From contig CATNEN010000038.1 in the NCBI GenBank assembly GCA_950097015.1, forward strand, positions 930,001 to 994,000: DNA of 64,000 nt. The letters are read 5' to 3'. Every line of letters begins with the position of its first letter. Position 1 is the first letter of the stretch. The position numbers were made by a program, and so were the translations under genes. Under the pieces are notes generated by a model. The model was not told the origin of the DNA and made no database searches. It was given only the letters and a program-made list of their open reading frames with translations. Shown one piece after another: positions 1-12,074 of the stretch. This DNA comes from Macrostomum hystrix (Eukaryota > Animalia > Platyhelminthes).

Positions 1-64
1 CCCATTGTCAGAACTCTGTTTCCTGAAGTGCAAGTGTAAATTAATTGTCATGATAGTCGAATTT

Positions 65-2496
65 AAGCAGTATGTATTCAACTCAGTGTAACCACTGATG
101 AATCCGTAAATGTACCCCCGCTTCAACAGTTCAGATGGTCAACTATAAGCAGTATATATTCAACTCAGTGTAACCACTGATGAATCCGTAAATGTACCCC
201 CACTTCAACAGTTCAGATAGTCAACTATAAGCCGTATATATTCAACTCAGTGTAACCACTGATGAATCCGCAAATGTACCCCCACTTCAACAGTTCAGAT
301 AGTCAACTATAAGCCGTATATATTCAACTCAGTGTAACCACTGATGAATCCGTAAATGTACCCCCGCTTCAACAGTTCAGATGGTCAACTATAAGCCGTA
401 TATATTCAACTCAGTGTAACCACTGATGAATCCGTAAATGTACCCCCACTTCAACAGTTCAGATAGTCAACTATAAGCCGTATATATTCAACTCAGTGTA
501 ACCACTGATGAATCCGTAAATGTACCCCCACTTCAACAGTTCAGATAGTCAACTATAAGCAGTATATATTCAACTCAGTGTAACCACTGATGAATCCGTA
601 AATGTACCCCCACTTCAACAGTTCAGATAGTCAACTATAAGCAGTATATATTCAACTCAGTGTAACCACTGATGAATCCGTAAATGTACCCTCACTTCAA
701 CAGTTCAGATAGTCAACTATAAGCAGTATATATTCAACTCAGTGTAACCACTGATGAATCCGTAAATGTACCCCCACTTCAACAGTTCAGATAGTCAACT
801 ATAAGCCGTATATATTCAACTCAGTGTAACCACTGATGAATCCGTAAATGTACCCCCACTTCAACAGTTCAGATAGTCAACTATAAGCCGTATATATTCA
901 ACTCAGTGTAACCACTGATGAATCCGTAAATGTACCCCCACTTCAACAGTTCAGATAGTCAACTATAAGCCGTATATATTCAACTCAGTGTAACCACTGA
1001 TGAATCCGTAAATGTACCCCCACTTCAACAGTTCAGATAGTCAACTATAAGCAGTATATATTCAACTCAGTGTAACCACTGATGAATCCGTAAATGTACC
1101 CCCACTTCAACAGTTCAGATAGTCAACTATAAGCCGTATATATTCAACTCAGTGTAACCACTGATGAATCCGTAAATGTACCCCCACTTCAACAGTTCAG
1201 ATAGTCAACTATAAGCCGTATATTCAACTCAGTGTAACCACTGATGAATCCGTAAATGTACCCCCACTTCAACAGTTCAGATAGTCAACTATAAGCCGTA
1301 TATATTCAACTCAGTGTAACCACTGATGAATCCGTAAATGTACCCCCACTTCAACAGTTCAGATAGTCAACTATAAGCCGTATATATTCAACTCAGTGTA
1401 ACCACTGATGAATCCGTAAATGTACCCCCACTTCAACAGTTCAGATAGTCAACTATAAGCCGTATATATTCAACTCAGTGTAACCACTGATGAATCCGTA
1501 AATGTACCCCCACTTCAACAGTTCAGATAGTCAACTATAGGCCGTATATATTCAACTCAGTGTAACCACTGATGAATCCGTAAATGTACCCCCACTTCAA
1601 CAGTTCAGATAGTCAACTATAAGCAGTATATATTCAACTCAGTGTAACCACTGATGAATCCGTAAATGTACCCTCACTTCAACAGTTCAGATAGTCAACT
1701 ATAAGCCGTATATATTCAACTCAGTGTAACCACTGATGAATCCGTAAATGTACCCCCACTTCAACAGTTCAGATAGTCAACTATAAGCAGTATATATTCA
1801 ACTCAGTGTAACCACTGATGAATCCGTAAATGTACCCTCACTTCAACAGTTCAGATAGTCAACTATAAGCCGTATATATTCAACTCAGTGTAACCACTGA
1901 TGAATCCGTAAATGTACCCCCACTTCAACAGTTCAGATAGTCAACTATAAGCAGTATATATTCAACTCAGTGTAACCACTGATGAATCCGTAAATGTACC
2001 CTCACTTCAACAGTTCAGATAGTCAACTATAAGCCGTATATATTCAACTCAGTGTAACCACTGATGAATCCGTAAATGTACCCCCACTTCAACAGTTCAG
2101 ATAGTCAACTATAAGCCGTATATATTCAACTCAGTGTAACCACTGATGAATCCGTAAATGTACCCCCACTTCAACAGTTCAGATAGTCAACTATAAGCCG
2201 TATATATTCAACTCAGTGTAACCACTGATGAATCCGTAAATGTACCCTCACTTCAACAGTTCAGATAGTCAACTATAAGCAGTATATATTCAACTCAGTG
2301 TAACCACTGATGAATCCGTAAATGTACCCTCACTTCAACAGTTCAGATAGTCAACTATAAGCCGTATATATTCAACTCAGTGTAACCACTGATGAATCCG
2401 TAAATGTACCCTCACTTCAACAGTTCAGATAGTCAACTATAAGCAGTATATATTCAACTCAGTGTAACCACTGATGAATCCGTAAATGTACCCCCT
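65..2496. repeat. 82-bp tandem satellite, ~30 copies
   Basis: Unit aagc(a/c)gtatatattcaactcagtgtaaccactgatgaatccgtaaatgtaccc(c/t)cacttcaacagttcagatagtcaactat; successive copies at 147 and 229 give period 82. Confidence 0.97.
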
Positions 2497-3265
2497 AAGT
2501 TTGTAGAACAGGTGCACATCTGGAATCGCGCATGCCGTTATTGGATAGCCCCTGATGTGCCGTCAAAAATTCAGCATCCGAAACTTAAAAAAATAACGAT
2601 ATTCGCACTTCAAAAAACTAACTTTTAGCTTTTGATGAATAAAATTGCTAATTTTCTAAAACGCATAACAAAAATTAAGAGATTTTAAAGCTAAGGCCCT
2701 ATTTGGCTATCACCGGGGTCGGTATGTTTTACACTTGCTTCCGTTAGAAGCTCATAGCGGATGAAAGTTACGGGATAGATGAAGTTGAGGGTAGAAGCTT
2801 GCCCACTGAGCTCAGGCAGAATGCCGAATAAAATAAAGAACGCTGATAATAGAAAGGCCAAAAGTATTAAAATTGGTGAGCGTAATGTCTTTTGCTCGCC
2901 TCAGATTTGAACTCAAGTGACTCTGGGTTTTCGCTCATGCAAGTAATAGCTGGTTTACTAATAACGCAGACTCAAACCACACAAGGGATGATTCACACGA
3001 AGGAATAAACGACTCAATGAACTTAATAAACAGGTTAGAGCCTAATAAACAAATAAACACAGAGGATAAGCGAGGCTGCTTACTAATAGAATTGATAAGG
3101 TGATGCTGCTTACTCATAAAATTGATAAGGGTTTCAAACAATTTTCCTAAGATCTGCGTCTAGCACCAGCAGCAGATAATCAACAACAGCGTTAATAGCA
3201 AAAATGACAACACAAATTATTGCACTTTTAGCAGCTGCGGCAGCCAGTCGGTGACGAAACTTGTC

Positions 3266-4001
3266 TTAGAGCCGCACCTCGGCATAGCTCAGCAGGATAA
3301 GGTCGTAGCAACATCCGTAGTCCCACGTAGTCTCCGTAGTCTGCTAGTTAGTAATAAAAAATTGAAAATTATGAAAAATATATTTAAGTTTTTTAATAAA
3401 TAAAATTAATAAATAATAAATAAATAGAGCAGAGAAGTAAAATCAGGGACATTCCATCGTGGGCCAATTCCTTATATACTTATTTATAACAAACATATTT
3501 ATAACGAACGTTTCAATAATATATAAAATACAAACTACAAACCAAGATTAAATTAAGTTAACGGATGCGCACCTGACATGACTTATAGACTTTTCTTTGG
3601 GTTTTAGTTGTCCCTGGCTGTGGCCCAGGTGAAACTGCTCCGGGAAGCTGCTGATTAGCCACTGCAGAGCTAACGCTGCGGCTGCCTCATGGAATGGCTA
3701 GAGCAGCCAATCAAACATGTCGACACCGGTGACGCCCATCTGAAGTGGTCCCAGACCCTCTGACTTGGCCACCAGCTGGAACACGTCCATGGCGGCAAGA
3801 AGGTCGCTGCCTGGGCCGCAGCCGAGTGACAGGACCTCATAGCTGGTGCTGCTGGTGTATGAGCCCATGATGGCGTCATAGAGCTCAGCTTGAATCAGCT
3901 GGCGAATGGACAACCGCTTCTTCGGGAGCTCGCACACTGTGTATGCGGCCCTAAATTCACTAGATTGGTAGAACCCTAAGTTTCCTTTGTCGCCTGACTG
4001 A
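3266..4001 (-). pseudogene. Class I SAM-dependent methyltransferase-like gene, apparently disrupted (exons ~4001-3573 and ~3340-3266)
   Basis: Motif I-like EVLSLGCGPGSDL, then VTGVD, after a ttttgttttccag acceptor; downstream exon reads YDLILLSY; in-frame TAG at 3698-3700 mid-exon and a phase mismatch to the next exon. Confidence 0.55.
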
Positions 4002-4771
4002 CTGGAAAACAAAAGTAGAATATTTTACTAATTTCAACAAAAATGTTTTTAAAATATATTTTGTGAGCACAGGCTATGGAATCTGAGTCTCTACAGCACC
4101 TGAGTCTATCCTATCTAGGCCAATGAGATCTGAGTCTATGCCATGAATTTCTATCTGAGTATGAAAAGGCAAAATAATGAAAATAGGAGACAAACACATC
4201 AAACACATTGAGATTAACCCGGCTTAATTATATAATAATTAATTAAGAAGTCATATTGCTTAAAAAAACACAGAGGATAAGCGAGGCTGCTTACTAATAG
4301 AATTGATAAGGTGATGCTGCTTACTAATAAAATTGATAAGGTGATGCTGCTTACTAATAGAATTGATAAGGTGATGCTGCTTACTCATAGAATTGATAAT
4401 GTTTAACGGGTTTCAAACAATTTTACTAAAGCACTCCCGCTGGCGCACCGGCTCGATGTCATTGTCAATGACGAATATTCGGCTGCCAAGTCTTAACACG
4501 TGAAACAAAGCAACTATGATGATTTCTAGAGAAGCATCATAGTTGCTTCTATGATGCTGCAGCAGCAGTCAGTCAGCAGTCAGCCAGTCAGTGACTGATC
4601 TACCAGACTGGATGCTCGTTGACACTACGTACTTTCCCTCCGAGGTCCACATCGCCGAACTGGCTGGCGGGCTGGAAAACAAAAGTAGAATATTTTACTA
4701 ATTTCAACAAATATGTTTTTAGAGAGGCAGTCGATATCGAAATAATTATGGAAATTCGTCAGTAATAAGAT

Positions 4772-4945
4772 AGGGCTTATAGGGCCCGACTTTCTCATCG
4801 TCTGGCAGTGTACACTATCGCTGTGCCCCTAAGTCTTCTCTCCGCGGCTGCGTTCAAAATGAATGTGGCCTCGCCGCGGAATCGAGCTCAGGGACCTCGG
4901 TGCGAGAGGCCAACGCGTTAGACCGATTTGCCACTCACCCGGCCC
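4772..4945 (-). mobile_element. tRNA-derived SINE family 1, truncated copy
   Basis: Minus strand has A-box-like tggcaaatcgg and B-box-like gctcgattcc; homologous to copies at 35226, 47955 and 52925. Confidence 0.75.
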
Positions 4946-5769
4946 TAACCAATGTTACAAGCTCATTGAGTAGGAATTTTGTAGCTTATCTCAGCTGTTT
5001 ACTACACAAAATGATTGAAGCAAACAACAATTTTTTTCTAATTGTTGCTTTATTTGAATGGAATAAAATGAGCATATGATGAGCAGCGATAAGTAAATAA
5101 CAAAACAGAGCATTAGTAGAGCTAACATTAACACAATACAAGAACGGTACGTTTTTTGTATTTTACTACTGCAATATCTATAAGAAAGTATTAAAATAAC
5201 AGTGCACTATATCTGAATAACAATTTTATATTAATTAATAAAGGTTTGTACTAGCTAACTATATTTTTGTAGAAAGCTTTGCACGTTAAAAAAAAGAACG
5301 GGAATTTAATTTGGCATAGAATTTAATTAGCGAGACATTGTAAACATATATGCTCATACTTAATTACATTCGTGGAGCTTAGTAAAATAACTTTCGGAGC
5401 ACTAACACAAGCTCCAAAATTTATGGCAATCATTTTTCATCTCCATTTTTGGATATTTTCATTTTGAATTAGTGCTACTGATACTGATACTGATACTGGC
5501 ACTGCTACTGACGTGTCAGAAAGACGTGGCAGTGTCTATGGAAAGTGTGAACGAACTGTTCTGTGTTTTATTGTTTAAAATCATTTTCATAGATTTTTGA
5601 GCTTGTGTAACACTACCCCTGACCTTCGCGCACGTTTCTTGCTGCAGCTCCTGAATAGAAAAAGATATGAACATGATTTTAATTTTGTTTTCTTTCTGAC
5701 AAAATTTCCTTTCATTTGACACCATGGGCGTGAAATTTCATGGCTCCGTTGAAGAGCAACGTTGGACAT

Positions 5770-5797
5770 TCCGGGAACTTTTGGGACACCCCTCGTA
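5770..5797 (-). mobile_element. Solo Tc1/mariner-like terminal inverted repeat
   Basis: Minus strand reads ta-cgaggggtgtcccaaaagttcccgg, typical of mariner TIRs; no partner in the correct orientation found. Confidence 0.4.
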
Positions 5798-6095
5798 ATA
5801 TTTATAAAAAATCGAATGCTTTTAGTTCAGAAAAACACACGCAAAGGATGAATGTATAAGTACTTATAGGCATTGTAGTTTACAGACAAGCAAGCGGCGA
5901 CAAAAATCGCAGTTTTTATCTTACTGAGTACGGAGATACACCCGAATTAGTATTAGTAAAAACTAAAATTATTAATCGTTTAAAGTCATTTTTACCATAA
6001 AAAAACTAAAAAAATTAAAAAGCAGCTGTCGCATTTTCGCTAGAGAAAAACGAACAAAACTTGCCTAATTTTCTACCTAAATAAATGTTAGCCCA

Positions 6096-6943
6096 TCAAT
6101 GTACGCCGGCACCATTGTTGCCAATGCCACCGGTGCCGCTCTCGCCTAGCAACAGCCGCGAGTCGTCCATCAGGCTGGGCTGCGGTCTCTTAGCAACCAA
6201 TGCGCGAGGCAGCTTGTCGTGGTACAACTGATAGACGTCACGGTCGGCCGGACAGCTACAACGGAAGGCCTCGCATTCGTACATGGCCGAATAATAGGCT
6301 TGCAGATGCTGCAGCTCTGATGGCACATCGAAGTCGCGATAGAACTGAAATGTATCGACGATGCGAACAATTGAATCACGCCTGTCTCATCTCTCTGATC
6401 TCACCCAAGACGTCTCATCTCTCCGATCTCACCTCACCCCTGTCTCGTCTCTCCGATCTCACCTCACCCCTGTCTCATCTCTCCTCTGTCTAATCTGAAC
6501 ACTGTCACATGCATCTTGGCCCTGATTCATGTCTTCACTGTCTCATATCTTCCCTGTTTTATCTCCCGTCTTATCTCTCCTCTGTATAAAACTGTGCCGT
6601 GTCTTACATCTTCCATGTCACATCTCTCGCCTGTCTCATCTTTATCCTGTCTCATCTCTTTCCTATCTGATTTCACAGTCAATACCGACCCGCATTCATT
6701 TTAGAATCTATCTTTAGCCCGCTGGAGCTAAATAGACTCTGAGATTAAAAAAGCATTCGAACCCTGGCAGACAAACAGGGAATTCTACCTTAGCGGCCAT
6801 TTTCAGATGATGCAGTTTAGGCATGAGTTGGCAATCCGCGTAGGTTAGCTCATCTGAGAGCAGGTAGCGACAACTTAGCGACAATTTGTACATGTGGTTC
6901 GGACTGCGCGGCTTCGGTCGATACTTAAGGCGCAGAGGCTCAA
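6096..6943 (-). CDS. Clic: Chloride intracellular channel (CLIC/EXC-4 family), last two coding exons (6943-6789, 6344-6096)
   Basis: Spliced translation RYLLSDELTYADCQLMPKLHHLKMAAK|FYRDFDVPSELQHLQAYYSAMYECEAFRCSCPADRDVYQLY matches the CLIC C-terminal GST-like domain; GT-AG intron in phase 0; upstream exons not found. Confidence 0.88.
6383..6670. repeat. Degenerate pyrimidine-rich minisatellite (cctgtctcatctctc) inside CLIC intron
   Basis: Reverse complement of the motif in the array at 62255-62795. Confidence 0.7.
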
Positions 6944-6957
6944 CTGGATCACACCAT

Positions 6958-7348
6958 CAGCAACATCACCTCATCAATTCTATGTGACAGCAGCATCATA
7001 TTATCAATTCTATAAGTTAGCAACATCATATTATCAATTCTATAAGTCAGCAGCATCATATTATCAATTCTATGTGACAGCAGCATCATATTATTAATTC
7101 TATGTGACAGCAGCATCATATTATCAATTCTGTAAGTCAGCAGCATCATATTATCAATTCTATGTGTCAGCAGCATCATATTATCAATTCTATGTGACAG
7201 CAGCATCATATTATCAATTCTATAAGTCAGCAGCATGATATTATCAATTCTATGTGACAGCAGCATCATATTATCAATTCTATAAGTCAGCAGCATCATA
7301 TTATCAATTCTATGAGTCAGCAGCATCATATTATCAATTCTATGTGAC
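6958..7348. repeat. 30-bp tandem repeat, ~13 copies
   Basis: cagcagcatcatattatcaattctatgtga unit; abuts the CLIC exon acceptor. Confidence 0.95.
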
Positions 7349-7442
7349 GTCTTGGCCAGTGCAAAAGATTGAAACGCGCACTGTTCACTTTCACGCCACG
7401 ATGAGGCGCGTCACGTTCGTGAAAGAAAAATTTATCTGACAA

Positions 7443-9473
7443 ATGCAGAGGGAAAATGTCAAAGCAATGAATGCACATTGACAATCCCAGCATTAGTTTT
7501 ATGCAGAGGAAAATGTCAAAGCAATGAATGCACATTGACAATCCCAGCATTAGTTTTATGCAGAGGGAAAATGTCAAAGCAATGAATGCACAGTGACAAT
7601 CCCAGCATTAGTTTTATGCAGAGGAAAAATGTCAAAGCAATGAATGCACAGTGACAATCCCAGCATTAGTTTTATGCAGAGGAAAAATGTCAAAGCAATG
7701 AATGCACAGTGACAATCCCAGCATTAGTTTTATGCAGAGGGAAAAATGTCAAAGCAATGAATGCACATTGACAATCCCAGCATTAGTTTTATGCAGAGGG
7801 AAAATGTCAAAGCAATGAATGCACATTGACAATCCCAGCATTAGTTTTATGCAGAGGGAAAATGTCAAAGCAATGAATGCACATTGACAATCCCAGCATT
7901 AGTTTTATGCAGAGGGAAAATGTCAAAGCAATGAATGCACAGTGACAATCCCAGCATTAGTTTTATGCAGAGGGAAAAATGTCAAAGCAATGAATGCACA
8001 TTGACAATCCCAGCATTAGTTTTATGCAGAGGGAAAAATGTCAAAGCAATGAATGCACATTGACAATCCCAGCATTAGTTTTATGCAGAGGGAAAATGTC
8101 AAAGCAATGAATGCACAGTGACAATCCCAGCATTAGTTTTATGCAGAGGGAAAAATGTCAAAGCAATGAATGCACAGTGACAATCCCAGCATTAGTTTTA
8201 TGCAGAGGGAAAATGTCAAAGCAATGAATGCACAGTGACAATCCCAGCATTAGTTTTATGCAGAGGGAAAAATGTCAAAGCAATGAATGCACAGTGACAA
8301 TCCCAGCATTAGTTTTATGCAGAGGGAAAAATGTCAAAGCAATGAATGCACAGTGACAATCCCAGCATTAGTTTTATGCAGAGGGAAAAATGTCAAAGCA
8401 ATGAATGCACAGTGACAATCCCAGCATTAGTTTTATGCAGAGGAAAAATGTCAAAGCAATGAATGCACAGTGACAATCCCAGCATTAGTTTTATGCAGAG
8501 GAAAAATGTCAAAGCAATGAATGCACATTGACAATCCCAGCATTAGTTTTATGCAGAGGAAAAATGTCAAAGCAATGAATGCACAGTGACAATCCCAGCA
8601 TTAGTTTTATGCAGAGGAAAAATGTCAAAGCAATGAATGCACATTGACAATCCCAGCATTAGTTTTATGCAGAGGAAAAATGTCAAAGCAATGAATGCAC
8701 AGTGACAATCCCAGCATTAGTTTTATGCAGAGGAAAAATGTCAAAGCAATGAATGCACATTGACAATCCCAGCATTAGTTTTATGCAGAGGGAAAAATGT
8801 CAAAGCAATGAATGCACAGTGACAATCCCAGCATTAGTTTTATGCAGAGGAAAAATGTCAAAGCAATGAATGCACATTGACAATCCCAGCATTAGTTTTA
8901 TGCAGAGGAAAAATGTCAAAGCAATGAATGCACAGTGACAATCCCAGCATTAGTTTTATGCAGAGGGAAAATGTCAAAGCAATGAATGCACATTGACAAT
9001 CCCAGCATTAGTTTTATGCAGAGGAAAAATGTCAAAGCAATGAATGCACATTGACAATCCCAGCATTAGTTTTATGCAGAGGGAAAAATGTCAAAGCAAT
9101 GAATGCACAGTGACAATCCCAGCATTAGTTTTATGCAGAGGAAAAATGTCAAAGCAATGAATGCACATTGACAATCCCAGCATTAGTTTTATGCAGAGGA
9201 AAAATGTCAAAGCAATGAATGCACATTGACAATCCCAGCATTAGTTTTATGCAGAGGGAAAAATGTCAAAGCAATGAATGCACAGTGACAATCCCAGCAT
9301 TAGTTTTATGCAGAGGAAAAATGTCAAAGCAATGAATGCACATTGACAATCCCAGCATTAGTTTTATGCAGAGGAAAAATGTCAAAGCAATGAATGCACA
9401 GTGACAATCCCAGCATTAGTTTTATGCAGAGGAAAAATGTCAAAGCAATAAATGCACATTGACAATCCCAGCA
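7443..9473. repeat. 57-59-bp tandem satellite, ~35 copies
   Basis: atgcagagggaaaatgtcaaagcaatgaatgcaca(t/g)tgacaatcccagcattagtttt; copies at 7443 and 7501. Confidence 0.97.
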
Positions 9474-9647
9474 ATATTTGACAGAATATAGACTCTAGTA
9501 CCTGTAAAGATAGCAGCTCTCTGCACAGTGACTATTTTCGGCTGAAAACATTGAAAACCATAGCATATTGCATCTTAAATATTATACTATCTAATATTAA
9601 GCTATTGGCGTCGTGTGGGCCTCTAATAATTGTTTCATATTAAAATT

Positions 9648-10900
9648 TCATTCCGTTTGTCTAGTATCTAGTCTAAGCGTAATGTTGGGTGCAGAGCTCG
9701 CCCCATATAAAGATGACTGAGCAAGTCTATTTGCGTCATCTACAAATGGAGTATTGAAAGGATTAAAATTTGTTGAACTTTCACTTTCGTGAAAGTGTTG
9801 CCGATATTTCGCGGTTACAGAAGTCAGTGCCGTATCTCCTTCACTCTCCAAGTCACTTGTGGTGATATTATGGTAGTCATCGACTTGTAGCCCTTCTTCC
9901 ATCACTTGAGCCTGTTGTTGATGCAGATGAGAGGCACTTATTGGTGTATCATGATCAGGTGATACATCAATGGAAACTGAATTACAAAATGTCAGTTCTG
10001 TATTTTCGAGTTCCTTTAAAATGGCTACACATTTTTCTCTGGATAAGTGATGGGGGTCCTTCAATTCTGGAATGAATTTGCAACTTTTTCCGACAAGGCT
10101 CCATGGAATCTTGCCGTCGAAACCTGTCGCTGTTTTATGTGCAATTTTAGCCCTTAAAAAAAATTCTTGTCGCATTTTTTTCACATCGCTATAAACAGAA
10201 GCTAGGTTTCGTGGCTGACTAGTTTCAGCAAGCTGAACATCACTGCGCTCATTTGCCATATTTTGTTGTTCTGCTTTTTTCGCGTCATCCATTAGTTCTG
10301 CTATTTTATTTATATGGGGCTCCATAGCGCTTCTAACATTAGGCGATATGTCATTGGACGTGGTAAAATCGGTTCCACGTCGGGTTAATATAATAAGTAC
10401 GTATGTCTCACCTGTACGTTTTAAATCATTTACCACTTTTCTTATTTTCTTCTGCTGATTTTTAGCTTCTTCTTGAAGACGTCGCTTTTCTTCGATTGGC
10501 AGACTCATATACTCGCGACGCAGTTCGGCGGTCCACACTAGAATTAAAGGAAGATTTGAATTTTTAAATTTTACCAAAACATAGTGACTAATTATTATAT
10601 TTATTTATTTCTAGCTTTTATGTAAATTAATAGATGCACCCCACAGAGAATATAACATATGATGTAGCCTAGGAAATACAACAATATTCAAGACTTTTAG
10701 AAAAAAACAATGTTATGCTGCATAAATGGACTAAAATGTTTTGTATTAAAAATAATGCTGCCTACTCATACATTACTATTTCTTGAGTTCTAGTCTTACT
10801 ATATATCCCTGTAGTATATTTTTAAGTAATACTGACCATAAGAAAACTTACCTGCCTTTCCTTTGTTTTGCAAAAACACATTGGCACCAGTTAGAACCAT
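9648..10900 (-). CDS. Uncharacterised protein with HMG-box-like helix near N-terminus; possibly transposon-associated (exons ~10900-10851, ~10537-9648)
   Basis: 309-codon open frame in AT-rich DNA; LRREYMSLPIEEKRRLQEEAK resembles HMG-box helix 3; ttctag acceptor and upstream small exon with cag|gtaagt donor. Confidence 0.5.
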
Positions 10901-11590
10901 CTGTGTGTAAGAAAAAAATTAGAATTACAAAATAAAACCATTTTATTGCACTATTTCTTATGCACTTTAATTTAAGACTCAAACTGAAATACGAAGCTTT
11001 AGTGCCTACTTTATGCTTTAAAATTTGAGTTAATTTAAATTTAAATTTCCTTTGTTTCTTTTTTTGGTTTGATAATCTCAATTTCTTATAATATAATCAG
11101 TACTGACCATAATAATCTTATTTCATCTTGTAACTCTTGTATTATGTATGCCTGTACCATAATAATATAAAAATATTATAGGGGTAGGGCCTAGTGAGAA
11201 TATTATGTCACAAAAGGGTTGCTGTTCTATAAAAAGGTGTACAAGCGCATGGCATAAATTTACTTTTGTTTGCAAAATTATTTTTATGAATAAATTTAAA
11301 ATTGCGCTAAATGAAACAAAAAGTGCAGTGCAGAAACAATTCAGTTTATAGTATTCGTAACAATTCAGTTCAATTCAGTTCAGTTCAGTTTAGTTTAGTT
11401 TACTTGGCTGTTATATAGCCACAGGGTATATAGTGACAAATCTAGTAAAAAATGCTACAGAATGCTTGGAAGTTGGAAACTTGGAAATATTGCCTGATTG
11501 AAGTCACTAATAAAGGTTAGAAATGTAGCTGCGATTCTTTCTGCTCTTTGGATGCTGCCGAGCTGGTTATGGCCAAAGACAATTATGAAA

Positions 11591-12074
11591 GGCAGTGCTT
11601 ATCCCCATGGTACCATAGAAATAATTTTTGTCTTATTCCTACAGTACAGTGGGAATAATTTCCTGCTTATCTGCACGGCACACTGACGAGATAGCTGTCC
11701 TATCTTCAACATAGCTCCAGAGATGCGTAAAGTAATAGACTGGATTATAGGCTTAGAAGGCTTGAGCTATAAGATTAGAAAAATACACACTTCAGTTGTA
11801 TTCTTTTAAATATATAAATAATAGCAATATATATTTTATATACTTAAAAAGCCACCGTATTGGTTAACTAATTGCGAAAAAAGCAGAAAACTTTTATTTG
11901 TTTACTTGCTTTTAAAAACCGGAAGAAAAAAAAATTGCAGTCACGATAAAAAGATAGATGATTAGGACAGCTATCTTATCAGTGTGCCGTGCGGATAAGC
12001 AGGAAATTATTCCCACGGTACCGTAGGAAAAAGACAAAAATTATTTCTACAGTACCATGGGGATAAGCACTGCC
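11591..12074. mobile_element. Mutator (MULE)-type MITE, 484 bp
   Basis: ~110-bp TIRs starting ggcagtgcttatccccatggtac; perfect 9-bp TSD attatgaaa at 11582-11590 and 12075-12083. Confidence 0.92.

Noticed and set aside
65-2496. Hammerhead ribozyme or CRISPR interpretation of the 82-bp array (contains CTGATGA after a small cagtg/cactg hairpin)
   Set aside because: No stem II followed by GAAA and no correctly placed cleavage triplet; units are contiguous with no unique spacers
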